Of a stretch of DNA of 64,000 nt, positions 32,151 through 42,628 are shown one piece after another. The translations under genes and the position numbers were made by a program. The notes below the pieces were generated by a model, which saw only the letters and a program-made list of their open reading frames with translations, made no database searches and was not told the origin of the DNA. Position 1 is the stretch's first letter, and every line of letters starts with the position of its first letter. Origin of the DNA: a bacterium (lineage in GTDB: Bacteria; SZUA-182; DTGQ01; JAFGSM01); assembly GCA_049472315.1 (NCBI GenBank), contig JBLIRN010000009.1:20375-84374 (forward strand), read 5' to 3'.

Positions 32151-32669
32151 CTATGCGGTCTTGAGAATATATGCCTTATCCGTGAGCCATGTTAAGATGG
32201 TGTCCTCCTGCTTCTGGGTGCTTGACAGGATGGTGATCTGGACGCCCTCCCGACGGGACGACTTCAATCCGGACAGGAGCTCATCGAGTATGTCATAGGA
32301 ATCCAGGTGCGGCAGGAACAGGTCGTGAGGATAGACGCCGAAATGGGGGACCCTCAGGCCCTCCAGCACATTGATGGTATAGCGCCCGAGTTCCCTGATC
32401 ATGCCGGGGGCAAGCCTTTTTGGATTACCCGCGCCGATGATGAGGAGGAAATGGGCCTTTATCTTGGTCCCGGTAACCACCAGCAGCGATTCGCAGAAGC
32501 CGCCCTTCACCTTCTCGTTCAGGATGAGGTCCGAGATCTGACCATCCAGGATCCAATCCACGTATCCCGCAATGCCCTTTGGCGGTCTGCTGTTGGAAAA
32601 TATATAGGCGACCAGTACCTGCCCGGAATAGGTGTGCGCCGGTCTATGTGTGCTCAATGTTAATGTCAT
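32151..32669 (-). CDS. Stand-alone M17 peptidase N-terminal-domain-like protein
   Basis: [22 protein letters not shown]...ESLLV...LLIIGAG; overlaps the nusB end. Confidence 0.6.
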   Translation of the reverse strand: MTLTLSTHRPAHTYSGQVLVAYIFSNSRPPKGIAGYVDWILDGQISDLILNEKVKGGFCESLLVVTGTKIKAHFLLIIGAGNPKRLAPGMIRELGRYTINVLEGLRVPHFGVYPHDLFLPHLDSYDILDELLSGLKSSRREGVQITILSSTQKQEDTILTWLTDKAYILKTA

Positions 32670-33102
32670 GGTGAGTCTTTGCCTCTTTGTCTTCCTTGAT
32701 GTTCATCTCCTTGCATATCCTGTCCAGAATCCCGTTGATAAATCGGCCCGAATCCTTTGTCCCGAAGACCTTCGCGAGCTCGATTGCCTCGTTGATGGTG
32801 ACCTTCGGTGGAATACCCTCAAAATAAAGGAGCTCATAGATAGAGAAGCGCAGAAGATTCCGGTCCACTATGGCCATGCGAGTGATATCCCAGTTCTGAG
32901 CGAATCGTCGTATCAGGTCGTCGATTTCCCGCAGATGCTCGATCGTTCCCTTCACCAGAATGGTGGTGAATTCGATGACCTCCGGGTCCGCAGGGGTGAT
33001 TTCCCAGAACAGGTTCAGGCTCTCCTCCCAGTTGTCCCGGGTAATGTCCTGCTGAAAGAGCACCTGCAGTGCGAATTCACGAGCCTTTCGTCTCTTGCCC
33101 AT
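32644..33102 (-). CDS. nusB: Transcription antitermination factor NusB
   Basis: [35 protein letters not shown]. Confidence 0.95.
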   Translation of the reverse strand: MGKRRKAREFALQVLFQQDITRDNWEESLNLFWEITPADPEVIEFTTILVKGTIEHLREIDDLIRRFAQNWDITRMAIVDRNLLRFSIYELLYFEGIPPKVTINEAIELAKVFGTKDSGRFINGILDRICKEMNIKEDKEAKTHHDINIEHT

Positions 33103-33120
33103 GCGATTTTAAAGACCGAA

Positions 33121-33597
33121 TCAGGCCTCCCTCCCGAGCTTTTTATAGAGATCGACCATCTCCATTGCGGCCATTGCGGCATCCCATCCCTTATTCCCCG
33201 CCTTGGTCCCTGCCCGCTCAATTGCCTGCTCGATGTTCTCCGTGGTGATGACCCCATAGATGACCGGAATATCCGTTTCCAGGGCAATCTTTGCGATGCC
33301 CTTGGTCACCTCGGCGCTGATATATTCGAAATGGGGGGTGTCCCCGCGGATGACAGCACCCAGGCATATAATGGCATCGTACCTTTTCTGGCGGGCCATG
33401 CGTGCGGCTGCATAAGGAATTTCAAAGGACCCGGGCACCTTCACGATCTGAATGTGCCGCTCCTCCCCTCCGTGCCGGCTCAATGCATCCAGGGCGCCGG
33501 CCAGCATCTGGCCGGTGATGAAGTTATTGAAACGGCTTACCACAATACCGAAACGAATACCATGCGCATTGAAGTCACCTTGTATGACATCGGGCAT
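33121..33597 (-). CDS. ribH: 6,7-dimethyl-8-ribityllumazine synthase
   Basis: [36 protein letters not shown]. Confidence 0.96.
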   Translation of the reverse strand: MPDVIQGDFNAHGIRFGIVVSRFNNFITGQMLAGALDALSRHGGEERHIQIVKVPGSFEIPYAAARMARQKRYDAIICLGAVIRGDTPHFEYISAEVTKGIAKIALETDIPVIYGVITTENIEQAIERAGTKAGNKGWDAAMAAMEMVDLYKKLGREA

Positions 33598-33624
33598 AAC
33601 CTCTCTCCTTTTCACAATCATGTA

Positions 33625-34824
33625 TTACAGGGTCAACAGGTGGCCCATCTTTTCCTTTTTGGTTTTAAGATAGTGGATATTGGTATGCGAGGGCGGAATC
33701 ATGATGGGCACCCGTTCGACCACCTCCATGCCATACCCCTGCAGGCCGACAATCTTTTTCGGATTGTTGGTCAAAAGGCGGATCTTTTTCACCCCCAGGT
33801 CGGCGAGGATCTGCGCCCCGATTCCGTATTCGCGAAGATCGGCATCGAAACCCAGGGCCTCGTTGGCCTCCACCGTATCCTTTCCGTTGTCTTGAAGCTC
33901 GTACGCCATTAATTTGTGAAGTATGCCGATCCCCCGGCCCTCCTGGTTCATATAGAGTATCACGCCCTTGCCCGCATCGTTTACCATGGCCATGGCGCGA
34001 TGGAGCTGATCGCCGCAGTCACACCGAAGGGACCCGAATGCATCCCCGGTCAGGCATGAGGAATGAACCCTTACCAGGATCGGTTCATCCTCGCCCCATT
34101 CCCCCCTCACCATGGCAACGTGCGTCTCCTGGTCAATCAGGCTTAGATAGGCGATTGCCTTGAATTCACCGTGTTTTGTGGGCAAACAGAAGGCGGCCTT
34201 CCGGCAGACCATCTTTTCCGTTTTCATCCGGTATTCGATGAGATCCTTGATGGTGATGATCTTCATGCCATGGGTCCTGGCAAAGGGGATCAGATCCGGG
34301 ACCCGGGCCATGGTACCGTCGTCCTTCATGATTTCACAGATGACACCTGCGGGGTACAGGCCTGCCATTCTGGCCAGATCAACGGCAGCCTCGGTCTGCC
34401 CGGCCCGGTTGAGCACCCCCCCTTTTTTTGCGCGCAGGGGGAAAACGTGCCCGGGTTTGGCAAGATCAAGGGGCCGTGTTTCCAGATCGATGGCCACGAG
34501 TATGGTCTGTGCCCTGTCTGCGGCGGAGATACCGGTGGTGGTTCCCTTCACCGCGTCTATGGACACGGTGAACGCGGTTTCGAAGCGGGAGGTATTCTCC
34601 TGCACCATGAGGGGGAGCTGAAGCTCATCCAGCCGGTCTCCTTCCATGGGGAGACAGATAAGTCCCTTTCCGTGTTTTGCCATGAAGTTTATTGCGTCGG
34701 GGGTCACCTTGCTTGCGGCTATGGTGAGATCCCCCTCGTTTTCCCTGTCCTCGTCGTCGACCACGATGACCATCTCGCCGTTTCCAATTGCATCAATGGC
34801 TTCTGGAATGCTGTTAAATTTCAC
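33625..34824 (-). CDS. ribBA: Bifunctional DHBP synthase / GTP cyclohydrolase II
   Basis: DDEDRENEGD, GISAADR, RVHSSCLTGD, RCDCG, QEGRGIG, LTNNPKK. Confidence 0.97.
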   Translation of the reverse strand: MKFNSIPEAIDAIGNGEMVIVVDDEDRENEGDLTIAASKVTPDAINFMAKHGKGLICLPMEGDRLDELQLPLMVQENTSRFETAFTVSIDAVKGTTTGISAADRAQTILVAIDLETRPLDLAKPGHVFPLRAKKGGVLNRAGQTEAAVDLARMAGLYPAGVICEIMKDDGTMARVPDLIPFARTHGMKIITIKDLIEYRMKTEKMVCRKAAFCLPTKHGEFKAIAYLSLIDQETHVAMVRGEWGEDEPILVRVHSSCLTGDAFGSLRCDCGDQLHRAMAMVNDAGKGVILYMNQEGRGIGILHKLMAYELQDNGKDTVEANEALGFDADLREYGIGAQILADLGVKKIRLLTNNPKKIVGLQGYGMEVVERVPIMIPPSHTNIHYLKTKKEKMGHLLTL

Positions 34825-35485
34825 CTCTGTAATCCTCTACTATAAAACCGGAAAGAAAAAGTTTTTCCCGGGACAGGGCGCCTTTTTCGGCGCCTCCCGG
34901 ATCGCCTTCTTTATGACGGAGCAGGCGTTCCACATGCTTTGCGATGATATCCGCCTCCACATTCATGCGGTCTCCCGGATGCCGGGCCTTGAGCGTGGTA
35001 TGCTCCCAGGTATGGGGTATTATGGTTACCCGGAAGGAATTTCCCTCCACCGAGGCAACGGTAAGACTGATGCCGTCGAGCGCTATGGACCCCTTGGGAA
35101 CCACGTAAGCCGCCAATTCCCGAGGCAGGGACAGGCGCAGATCCCGACCGTGGATCTCTTGGATAATGACCGTGGCATCCACATGCCCGGTCACCAGATG
35201 TCCCCCCAGATACTGGTTGAACCGAAGCGGCCGCTCCATGTTGACACTATCCCCGCATCGTACGCTGCCCAGATTGGTGCCTGCAAGGGTGGTCCGGCTA
35301 AGGAAGAAATCACCCCTTGTGCCGTCGCCGCCGGTCATGGTAAGACATACCCCATTTATTGCCAGGCTTTGCCCGACGGTCAGACCGTCTTCAGGAAAGG
35401 GCAGCATGACCGAGAGGTATGCCCCGTCATGGCGGGGAACCAGGGATTGCACCCTGCCGAGGCCCTCTATTATTCCGGTAAACAT
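34814..35485 (-). CDS. ribE: Riboflavin synthase alpha chain
   Basis: MFTGII, NGVCLT, GGHLVTGHVD, KGSIALDGISLT, IIPHT. Confidence 0.95.
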   Translation of the reverse strand: MFTGIIEGLGRVQSLVPRHDGAYLSVMLPFPEDGLTVGQSLAINGVCLTMTGGDGTRGDFFLSRTTLAGTNLGSVRCGDSVNMERPLRFNQYLGGHLVTGHVDATVIIQEIHGRDLRLSLPRELAAYVVPKGSIALDGISLTVASVEGNSFRVTIIPHTWEHTTLKARHPGDRMNVEADIIAKHVERLLRHKEGDPGGAEKGALSREKLFLSGFIVEDYRGEI

Positions 35486-35516
35486 ATTTCACTCCATTAT
35501 CTATATTATAGCCTTT

Positions 35517-36674
35517 TTATTTAATCTTACAACCAAGGGGGGACCAGACGCAGGATGGGGGTTTTGGGATGTACCCCTCGACCATAAGGTCATCCCCGAG
35601 CCTCTTGGTCTTTATGTCGTAAACCTTTATTGCCTCTTCCAGCCGGGCGACACCCTCACCCTGTATGGCGCTGGGTGCGGACTTGCCTCCGATGATACGC
35701 GGCGCGATGAACATGATCACCTTATCCACGATTCCCTCCTGGATGGCAGAGGCATTGATTCCGGGTCCCCCCTCTATGAGAAGTGAGGTAATCTGGAGAT
35801 TACCCAACTCCTTTGCCATTGCAAGCAGATCCACACGGTTGCGCCCCTTTGGCTCGATATACAGCACCCGTGCCCCGTTATCCTCCAACCGCTTGATTCG
35901 ATCCATGGGGGCGTTGAGCGTGGTGACGATGATATTGGCCGCCTTCGATTCCTCGGTAAGGATACGTGCCCGGAGAGGGATCCTCAGGAGGCTGTCGATA
36001 ACGATGCGAATCGGATCTCTTCCCTCACCCGATTTGAGCCGTGTGGTGAGCCTGGGGTTGTCCCGGAGGATGGTTTCGATGCCTACCAACGTGGCATCGA
36101 TCTCATTGCGCAGTTTGTGCACGTATTCACGTGAACGTTCCCCTGTAACCCATTTCGATTCGCCGGTTTTTGTCGCCACCTTCCCGTCGAGACTCATCGC
36201 GGACTTGAGGATAATAAACGGTGTGCCGGTGGTGATATGTTTGAGGAAATACTCGTTTAATCGAAGGGCTGACTTCTCCATCACCCCCATTTTCACCTCG
36301 ATCCCGTTGCCCTTGAGGGCCTCGATGCTCTTTCCATTCACCAGGGGATTCGGGTCCCTTATGGAGACCACCACCCTGGAGATGCCGGACTGAATGATCT
36401 GGTCGACACAGGGGGGGGTCTTGCCATGATGGCAGCACGGCTCGAGATTTATAAACAGGGTCGCGCCCCTGGCCTCCGATCCCGCCTCCTGGAGGGCCTT
36501 TGTTTCCGCATGCTCATCCCCGTAGAGGGCATGATATCCCGTTCCCACGACCCGGTCTCCGTTGACGATAACCGCCCCCACCAGGGGGTTGGGGCTTACC
36601 CTTCCCTTCCCCTTCTCCGCAAGATCAAGGGCCATCCTCATGTAGCGCTGTTCATCCTTAATCGCCACGTTCAT
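35517..36674 (-). CDS. ribD: Riboflavin biosynthesis deaminase/reductase RibD
   Basis: PNPLVGAV, HAE, LEPCCHHGKTPPC, SLDGK, SKWVTG, IEGG. Confidence 0.96.
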   Translation of the reverse strand: MNVAIKDEQRYMRMALDLAEKGKGRVSPNPLVGAVIVNGDRVVGTGYHALYGDEHAETKALQEAGSEARGATLFINLEPCCHHGKTPPCVDQIIQSGISRVVVSIRDPNPLVNGKSIEALKGNGIEVKMGVMEKSALRLNEYFLKHITTGTPFIILKSAMSLDGKVATKTGESKWVTGERSREYVHKLRNEIDATLVGIETILRDNPRLTTRLKSGEGRDPIRIVIDSLLRIPLRARILTEESKAANIIVTTLNAPMDRIKRLEDNGARVLYIEPKGRNRVDLLAMAKELGNLQITSLLIEGGPGINASAIQEGIVDKVIMFIAPRIIGGKSAPSAIQGEGVARLEEAIKVYDIKTKRLGDDLMVEGYIPKPPSCVWSPLGCKIK

Positions 36675-37611
36675 CACCTGCTTCTTTGAAAAGGGCATCA
36701 ATAAAAACGGAGGGATCAAATTCCCTGAGGTCCTCTATCCCCTCCCCGATACCAATAAATTTCACCGGGATATCCAGTTCGTTGGCAATACCGATAATGA
36801 TTCCTCCCTTGGCGGTTCCGTCGAGTTTTGCAAGGGCAATGCCGGTGAGCCCGATTCTCTGATGAAACTCTCGGGCCTGCTGTATGGCATTTTGGCCGGT
36901 GGTGGCGTCCAGAACCAGGATGACCTCGTGAGGGGCACCGGGGACTTCCCGTTCGATCACCCTCTTCATCTTTTCCAACTCGGCCATGAGGTTTTTCTTG
37001 GTGTGCAGACGACCTGCGGTATCAACGATCACACAGTCGATTCCCCGTGCCTGCGCGGCGCGAATGCCGTCGAACACCACCGCGGAAGGGTCCGCACCAA
37101 ATTTGTGCCGCACCATCTGCGTATCGATCCTCTCCGCCCAGATCTGGAGTTGTTCAATTGCTGCGGCGCGGAAGGTATCACCGGCGATCAGGAGGACCTG
37201 CCGCCCCTGTTGCCGGAGATGGTAGGCAATCTTTGCAATGGTTGTGGTTTTGCCCACGCCGTTTACCCCCAACACCATCATGACAAACGGCTTGTGACCA
37301 TCAGAGGCAAGGGGTGCCTGCGCCCTTTGGAGCATCTCGAAAATGATGGACTTCAGGATGTCGAGGGGAGGCGTCTGGTTGCGATGCTCGTATCGCTCCT
37401 TAAGACGCTCAATGATCAGGGCGCTTGTCTGGATGCCGCAGTCCGCCAGAATCAGGGCCTCTTCGATCTTCTCGATGAGGTCTGTGTCCAGACGCGTCCG
37501 GTTTTTCAGAAGGCCCTCAAGTCGTCGAACAAGGGTAGTATGGGTCTTATTGAGTCCGGCGCTCAGCCTTTTGAACCAGGCGGGTCGTTTCGTGGCCCTG
37601 TCATCACCCAT
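36658..37611 (-). CDS. ftsY: Signal recognition particle receptor FtsY
   Basis: GVNGVGKTTT, GDTFRAAA, DTAGRLH, DATTGQN, KLDGTAKGG. Confidence 0.97.
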   Translation of the reverse strand: MGDDRATKRPAWFKRLSAGLNKTHTTLVRRLEGLLKNRTRLDTDLIEKIEEALILADCGIQTSALIIERLKERYEHRNQTPPLDILKSIIFEMLQRAQAPLASDGHKPFVMMVLGVNGVGKTTTIAKIAYHLRQQGRQVLLIAGDTFRAAAIEQLQIWAERIDTQMVRHKFGADPSAVVFDGIRAAQARGIDCVIVDTAGRLHTKKNLMAELEKMKRVIEREVPGAPHEVILVLDATTGQNAIQQAREFHQRIGLTGIALAKLDGTAKGGIIIGIANELDIPVKFIGIGEGIEDLREFDPSVFIDALFKEAGDERGD

Positions 37612-37694
37612 CCAAGTCGCTCCATTTCATGGATCCGAATATCCATTGTGCATCGTGTTTCATATTCCGCAGGAGTCCATCCGTATGTGAGGGG

Positions 37695-38537
37695 TTACCG
37701 AGCACCCTTGAGGTACGTAGCCGAATCCTTGGCCAGTTTGCTGCCGGGCGCCCTATCCATAACCGAGCGGAATGCATCCCTGGCGGAAGAGGTGTCGCCG
37801 AGTCCCAAATAGGATTGGCCCAGGTAGTAGTCAATTTCAGCCTGAAGAAGGATGTCGCCCGAGGACGAGACCATCTCCAGGTGCTGTGCCTCACGGAGGC
37901 TGAGAATGGCGTCGGAGTACTCCCCCCTCATGATCAGGGCCTTTCCCAATTGCACGTGGGCATAGCTGTAATCGGGATTTTCATCGGTTGCCCTACGCAG
38001 GCATTCGATCGCCTTGTCCACCTTTCCGAGGTTGAGATACGCACAACCCATATTGTAGTAGGCGAATCCAGGTGTGGAATACGAGGGCATATCCAGGGCC
38101 ACCTGACAATATTCGATAACATCCTTCCATCGTGCCATCTTTCCCAGGGTGGCGGCCATATTGTTGTAATACTCCGGCACCCTGGGATTCAGCTCGATGG
38201 CCCTTTGATATGCGAGAAAGGCTTGCTCGAACTTACCCTGAAAGTAGAGGGTCAGGCCCAATCCGAAATGGGCCTTATCATTGTCGGGGAGAATCTCCCG
38301 AGCCTTGCCGAATTCATCGTATGCCTGGGCGAGATCACCCTGTTCCAGATAGACCAGGCCATACTCAAAGTGCTGGCCGGATTGTTTGATGAGCTTATCC
38401 CGGGAGGCGCACCCCACAAACGCAGCAGTCACCGACACCATAAGGAGAAGGAAAAGGGGTATTCTGCCGATGGTCCCGGTCTCCAAAGTATGTAGTGCCA
38501 ATGCCTCGCCCCTCTGAATGGTTGTCTTACCCTTCAT
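37695..38537 (-). CDS. TPR lipoprotein (PilF/PilW-like)
   Basis: Lipobox FVGC; TPR repeats; YSTPGFAYYNMG motif. Confidence 0.75.
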   Translation of the reverse strand: MKGKTTIQRGEALALHTLETGTIGRIPLFLLLMVSVTAAFVGCASRDKLIKQSGQHFEYGLVYLEQGDLAQAYDEFGKAREILPDNDKAHFGLGLTLYFQGKFEQAFLAYQRAIELNPRVPEYYNNMAATLGKMARWKDVIEYCQVALDMPSYSTPGFAYYNMGCAYLNLGKVDKAIECLRRATDENPDYSYAHVQLGKALIMRGEYSDAILSLREAQHLEMVSSSGDILLQAEIDYYLGQSYLGLGDTSSARDAFRSVMDRAPGSKLAKDSATYLKGAR

Positions 38538-41367
38538 TGCCGGAAAGGGCTTCCAGTCGTTTCAAAACCGCCTCCAGCTCGGACAGTGTGTTTCCGTAAC
38601 CGGTCCAATCCCCGTCCCTTTGTTTTTGAATGGCCGCTTCATAGAGATCCCTGGCTTGTCTGATAAGCCCCGACAGGGATTCATCCCGGGGAGTTGTTCG
38701 CAGTTCCCGTGGCTTCTCCTCAAGGGGTATCGCCTGGAAGGTTCCCCTTGGTTCCTCTTTCAGAAATACGGCCCTCAATGCCTCATCGAGCGTCTCCCTC
38801 ATTTTCACGGTATCACCGAAGACGATAATGACCCTCTTGAGCTCCGGCAGCTCATCCTGGCTGGCCATAAGGAACACCGGCTCAATATAGAGAATCGATT
38901 CCTCGATGGGGATGACCAGGAGCTCTCCCCTGAACACCTCGGATCCGCGCTGGCTCCATAGGGTCAGTTCACTGGATATCTCCGTTTGCTGGTCGATCCG
39001 TGATTCTATCTGACGGGGCCCGTATATCAATTTTTCCTTGGGGAATTTATAGATGAGGAGCCTCCCATATTCATCCCCGTCGCACCGCCCGCACATCCAG
39101 GCAATCATATTGTTCTTTTTTTCACCAAAGGGGGTGAAGGGGAGCATGAGGAGAAACTCCTCGCGATCGGACTCCTTCAGCTTGAGGGTAACATAGTATG
39201 GTTCCATCGGCTTGTAGTACTGCGAGTTTTCCCCCTGCCCCTCCACCTTCAAGGGCGGTTCCCAGAGGTCCTCCTTGTTGTAAAAGACCTGGGGGTCCTG
39301 CATGTGGTAGGTCGCATACATGGATGATTGTATCGCAAAGATATCCCTGGGGTAGCGGATGTGGTTTCTGAGAGATGACGGCATGTCCTCCAATTCCTTG
39401 AACAGGCCGGGGAAGATATTGCCGTAGGTCCGGATGATGGGATCCTCGGGATCGCTTACATAGAGGTCCATCCTGCCCGTATATGCGTTGATGATGACCT
39501 TCACTGAGTTTCGGATGTAATTGAGGCTGACACCGCCCAACCGTGACCGGGCCCTGAAGGCGCTGAACGGTGACATGGGGTTTCCCGATCGTTCCATATC
39601 CATGGCAAGGCGATAGGGTTCCGAATAGGGAAACTTATCGGTTACGGTGTAGGCATCCTGAATCCAGAAGAGCTTCCCGTCGGCCAGGACCAGATAGGGA
39701 TCACTGTCGAAAAGGAGGAAGGGGGCCAGGGTGCGCACCCGTTCGCGGATATGGCGATGAAACATGATGCGGCTTTCCGGCGTTGTGTACCCGGTGAGCA
39801 GTATCTTCGGATCGGAAAAGCGGAAGGCAAAAAGCGTCTTCGCCCACAGAGACCCGATAGGCACGCCCCCTTCGCCGGCGTAATTCGTGTAGACGTTTTT
39901 GTCTCCCTTGGGATAATCAAATTCCTCGCTTTTGCTGTTAACAATGACATAGTTGAAGGTGCTTTCCCCGTAATAGACCTCGGGTCGTTTAATTGTGAGG
40001 TCGGCTTGGGTTACGGGGGGGATGTCCTTGATCATGAGGAGTGGAAGCCCCTTCTCGGTGACATGAGTGACCGGGCTCATGCAGATGCCGTACCCGTGGG
40101 TATATTTGAATCGCTGGTTTTCAAAGGTCTTGGCCTCGCCCGGAAGCATCTCCTGCACCATCTCCCGCGCGGAAAGCATCACCTGGGTATATTCCCGATT
40201 GATCGTATACCGGTCCTCATCGATACTGGTAAATTTATAGTAGGGCCTCAATTCCTGCATCTGTGCATAGGTCTGCTTGAGGGGGCTTTTATCCCACAGC
40301 TTTATATTGTTAATGGTAGTGGAATTCGCGCGGATGTCCTCCATGGTGAGGTCCCACGAGGCAACGAAGTCCCGTTCCTCCAGCTTGTTGAGCTTATACC
40401 CCATGAGGGTGTGTTTGATATTGTTCATGATGTAGGGGGTTTCCTTGTTCAGTTCATTGGGCTCCACCACAAATTTCTGAATGATGGCGGGGTAGAATCC
40501 GCTTATGATAATGGAAACAACGAGCATGATCCCGACGCCTATCACCGGAACCTTCCACCCCTTTGAGGAGATGTTGATCCAAAAGAGAATGGCGCACGCC
40601 GCGGCAATGACCAGCACGGCCCAGTATGCCACCATCTGGGCATGCATGTCCGTGTAGCTCGCACCGAACGCCGCCCCCCTCGGCGAGTAGAGCAGACCGA
40701 ACATCTTTAATCGTTTGTCCCACGCGATCAGTATGAGAATGACGGCACAAAGGCTGGACAGGTGGGCCTTTGCGCGCCGATCGAAACGGAAATCACCCAG
40801 TTTCAAATGGATGGCCCGGTCCTTTACATAGGTGAATCCGCTCACCAGCAATAGAATGATGGCGGAGTAAAAGAGCCAGTGTTGGAGGAGCACCAGGACG
40901 GGGTAGGAGAATACAAAGAAGCCGATATCCTTGCCGAAGATCGGATCCATCTGTCCGAAGGGAACCTGGTGGATGAATTTGAGGATTGTATCCCAGTGGT
41001 TAAAGGCCGGCCATATTCCCATGGCGATGGCCAACAGTGCACCGACCGCGATGATGAGCAGGTTCACCTGCTTGGGTTCCAATTCCATGATGTGAACCAC
41101 ATCCTGCCTGCGGATGGGGATCTTCCAGTTGATCCTGTTTGGTCGTATGAAACGGGCGATAGCAAGATTTATCAGGAAGAGAATCAGAAAGGCGGCGGCA
41201 AAGATGATCGCGATAAAGAACTTTGCCCCGAGGATAGTCCAGAATACGCCGGCGTACTGGATCGCCTTAAACCAGAGGAGATCCGTATAGATCGTAAAGA
41301 ATTGTCCTGAAAAGACAAAGATGAGAAATGCAAGGATCAAAACAATGAAGAGCTTGTTCCGTTTCAT
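38527..41367 (-). CDS. UPF0182 family membrane protein
   Basis: YTDLLWF, DPIFGKDIGFFVF, VEPNE, YTHGYG, NYIRNSVK, RYPRDIF, FYNKEDLW, PELKRVI. Confidence 0.93.
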   Translation of the reverse strand: MKRNKLFIVLILAFLIFVFSGQFFTIYTDLLWFKAIQYAGVFWTILGAKFFIAIIFAAAFLILFLINLAIARFIRPNRINWKIPIRRQDVVHIMELEPKQVNLLIIAVGALLAIAMGIWPAFNHWDTILKFIHQVPFGQMDPIFGKDIGFFVFSYPVLVLLQHWLFYSAIILLLVSGFTYVKDRAIHLKLGDFRFDRRAKAHLSSLCAVILILIAWDKRLKMFGLLYSPRGAAFGASYTDMHAQMVAYWAVLVIAAACAILFWINISSKGWKVPVIGVGIMLVVSIIISGFYPAIIQKFVVEPNELNKETPYIMNNIKHTLMGYKLNKLEERDFVASWDLTMEDIRANSTTINNIKLWDKSPLKQTYAQMQELRPYYKFTSIDEDRYTINREYTQVMLSAREMVQEMLPGEAKTFENQRFKYTHGYGICMSPVTHVTEKGLPLLMIKDIPPVTQADLTIKRPEVYYGESTFNYVIVNSKSEEFDYPKGDKNVYTNYAGEGGVPIGSLWAKTLFAFRFSDPKILLTGYTTPESRIMFHRHIRERVRTLAPFLLFDSDPYLVLADGKLFWIQDAYTVTDKFPYSEPYRLAMDMERSGNPMSPFSAFRARSRLGGVSLNYIRNSVKVIINAYTGRMDLYVSDPEDPIIRTYGNIFPGLFKELEDMPSSLRNHIRYPRDIFAIQSSMYATYHMQDPQVFYNKEDLWEPPLKVEGQGENSQYYKPMEPYYVTLKLKESDREEFLLMLPFTPFGEKKNNMIAWMCGRCDGDEYGRLLIYKFPKEKLIYGPRQIESRIDQQTEISSELTLWSQRGSEVFRGELLVIPIEESILYIEPVFLMASQDELPELKRVIIVFGDTVKMRETLDEALRAVFLKEEPRGTFQAIPLEEKPRELRTTPRDESLSGLIRQARDLYEAAIQKQRDGDWTGYGNTLSELEAVLKRLEALSGNEG

Positions 41368-41631
41368 ATATAACGTTCTCCTTCCAGTTTGTGTCCTGCA
41401 ATAACACAAGATTGGATCAATATCATTATGCGGTGAAGGGGAAAAGGGAAGCGAAATTCCCGGAATTACCCAGCGAAATCGTCACGATAGTATCATGTAT
41501 GGGAAGCGTCTGTCAATAAAAGCGATTGGAAAAATATGGAATAGTATACAGTATTACAAAGACATCACGCCGATGGCAGGGTCAATTGACGATCATGCCC
41601 CTGGACGGGGAGGCACCTCGTATGGGAGTTA

Positions 41632-42261
41632 CTACTGCGTCCCGCCGAGAGAGCTGCAAATTGCATTTGCGGGGCTGTTTTTTGAACGCTCCAGCATCTC
41701 CGTTCCCTTGTAGAGAAGCTCTTCGATCATTCGAGCATCAGTGGGATAGGAGGCAATACCGATGCTCAATGCCTTTTCCTGGTTAGGATTGGCGGAATCG
41801 AAATTGGAGTAGGCCAGGATGATCTGTTCCTTCAGCCGCTCTGAAAGGCTGCTGGCCCCGTCCAGATTCGTCTCCGGGAGAATGAGCGCCAGGACCCCGG
41901 GCTTGAGCTGCGAGAGAATATCGGTGTCCCGCAGGTTGGCACGGATGAAATCGCCGAAACGGCGTAATTTTTCAGCTACGGATTCGAGGCCGCTCTTCTT
42001 GATCTCCTCGGTCAGAGAATCCACGCTGATGAGCACGATGGAGAGGAATTGGGTATACCGCTTTGCCCGCTTCATTTCCTCATCGAGCCTGATGTTAAGG
42101 TAGCGGTTATTGTAAAGGAGCGTCACATCATCGATGAAGATATTATTCTTGAGATCGGTGTTGACCCGGGTGAGTGATTTATAATCCTCCATCAAGGTGC
42201 GCAGCTTTTTCTTCAGTTTGGAATTCTCTTCAAAGAGTTTATCGTGTTGTTCCATATTCAT
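41632..42261 (-). CDS. Coiled-coil + degenerate GGDEF-domain protein
   Basis: DDVTLLYNNRY, RDTD I-site, KPGVL in place of GGDEF, SIGIASYP. Confidence 0.85.
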   Translation of the reverse strand: MNMEQHDKLFEENSKLKKKLRTLMEDYKSLTRVNTDLKNNIFIDDVTLLYNNRYLNIRLDEEMKRAKRYTQFLSIVLISVDSLTEEIKKSGLESVAEKLRRFGDFIRANLRDTDILSQLKPGVLALILPETNLDGASSLSERLKEQIILAYSNFDSANPNQEKALSIGIASYPTDARMIEELLYKGTEMLERSKNSPANAICSSLGGTQ

Positions 42262-42373
42262 GTCCCTTCCCCCCCCAGCTTACGTAGTAACCAATCATTC
42301 ATTTTTTCGGGATTAAGTATAAAAACAATTACATAAATAACAAAATCTTATATGATTTTTAATCCTTTAATTC

Positions 42374-42389
42374 TGCAATATCTATGCCA
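42374..42389 (-). promoter_or_regulatory. Sigma54 (-24/-12) promoter of the GGDEF gene
   Basis: TGGCATAGATATTGCA, exact GG-N10-GC spacing. Confidence 0.8.
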
Positions 42390-42628
42390 TAAAAGCCTCG
42401 CCCTTCAAAAAAACGGGATGAAAATTAAAACATTTTGTTTTAAAAGTAAATATCGATGCGCCCTATTTGCTCTCAACACCGGCGAGCGCGCCCTGATTTT
42501 TTAAGATTGCCGGTTCGGCAAAATCATCCTATGTATGGTGATGCACATATATGCATCCCATTTCATAACTTCCGGCTTCCATCTATGCAGGAAGCGGATG
42601 GCGACCAAACGGGTCCTCATGGATGAGT

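Noticed and set aside
32632..33912. Long antisense ORFs (426 aa here; also 29424-30401, 34646-35524, 36862-37812, 42623-43591, 52652-53794)
   Set aside because: They are opposite-strand shadows of well-supported genes and contain no recognisable motifs
36124..36139. Second parS (TTCACGTGAA palindrome in ribD)
   Set aside because: Flanks and spacing do not match the 16-bp consensus; lies within a CDS
36675..37700. FMN riboswitch for the rib operon
   Set aside because: ribD overlaps ftsY, leaving no leader, and no RFN consensus was seen upstream
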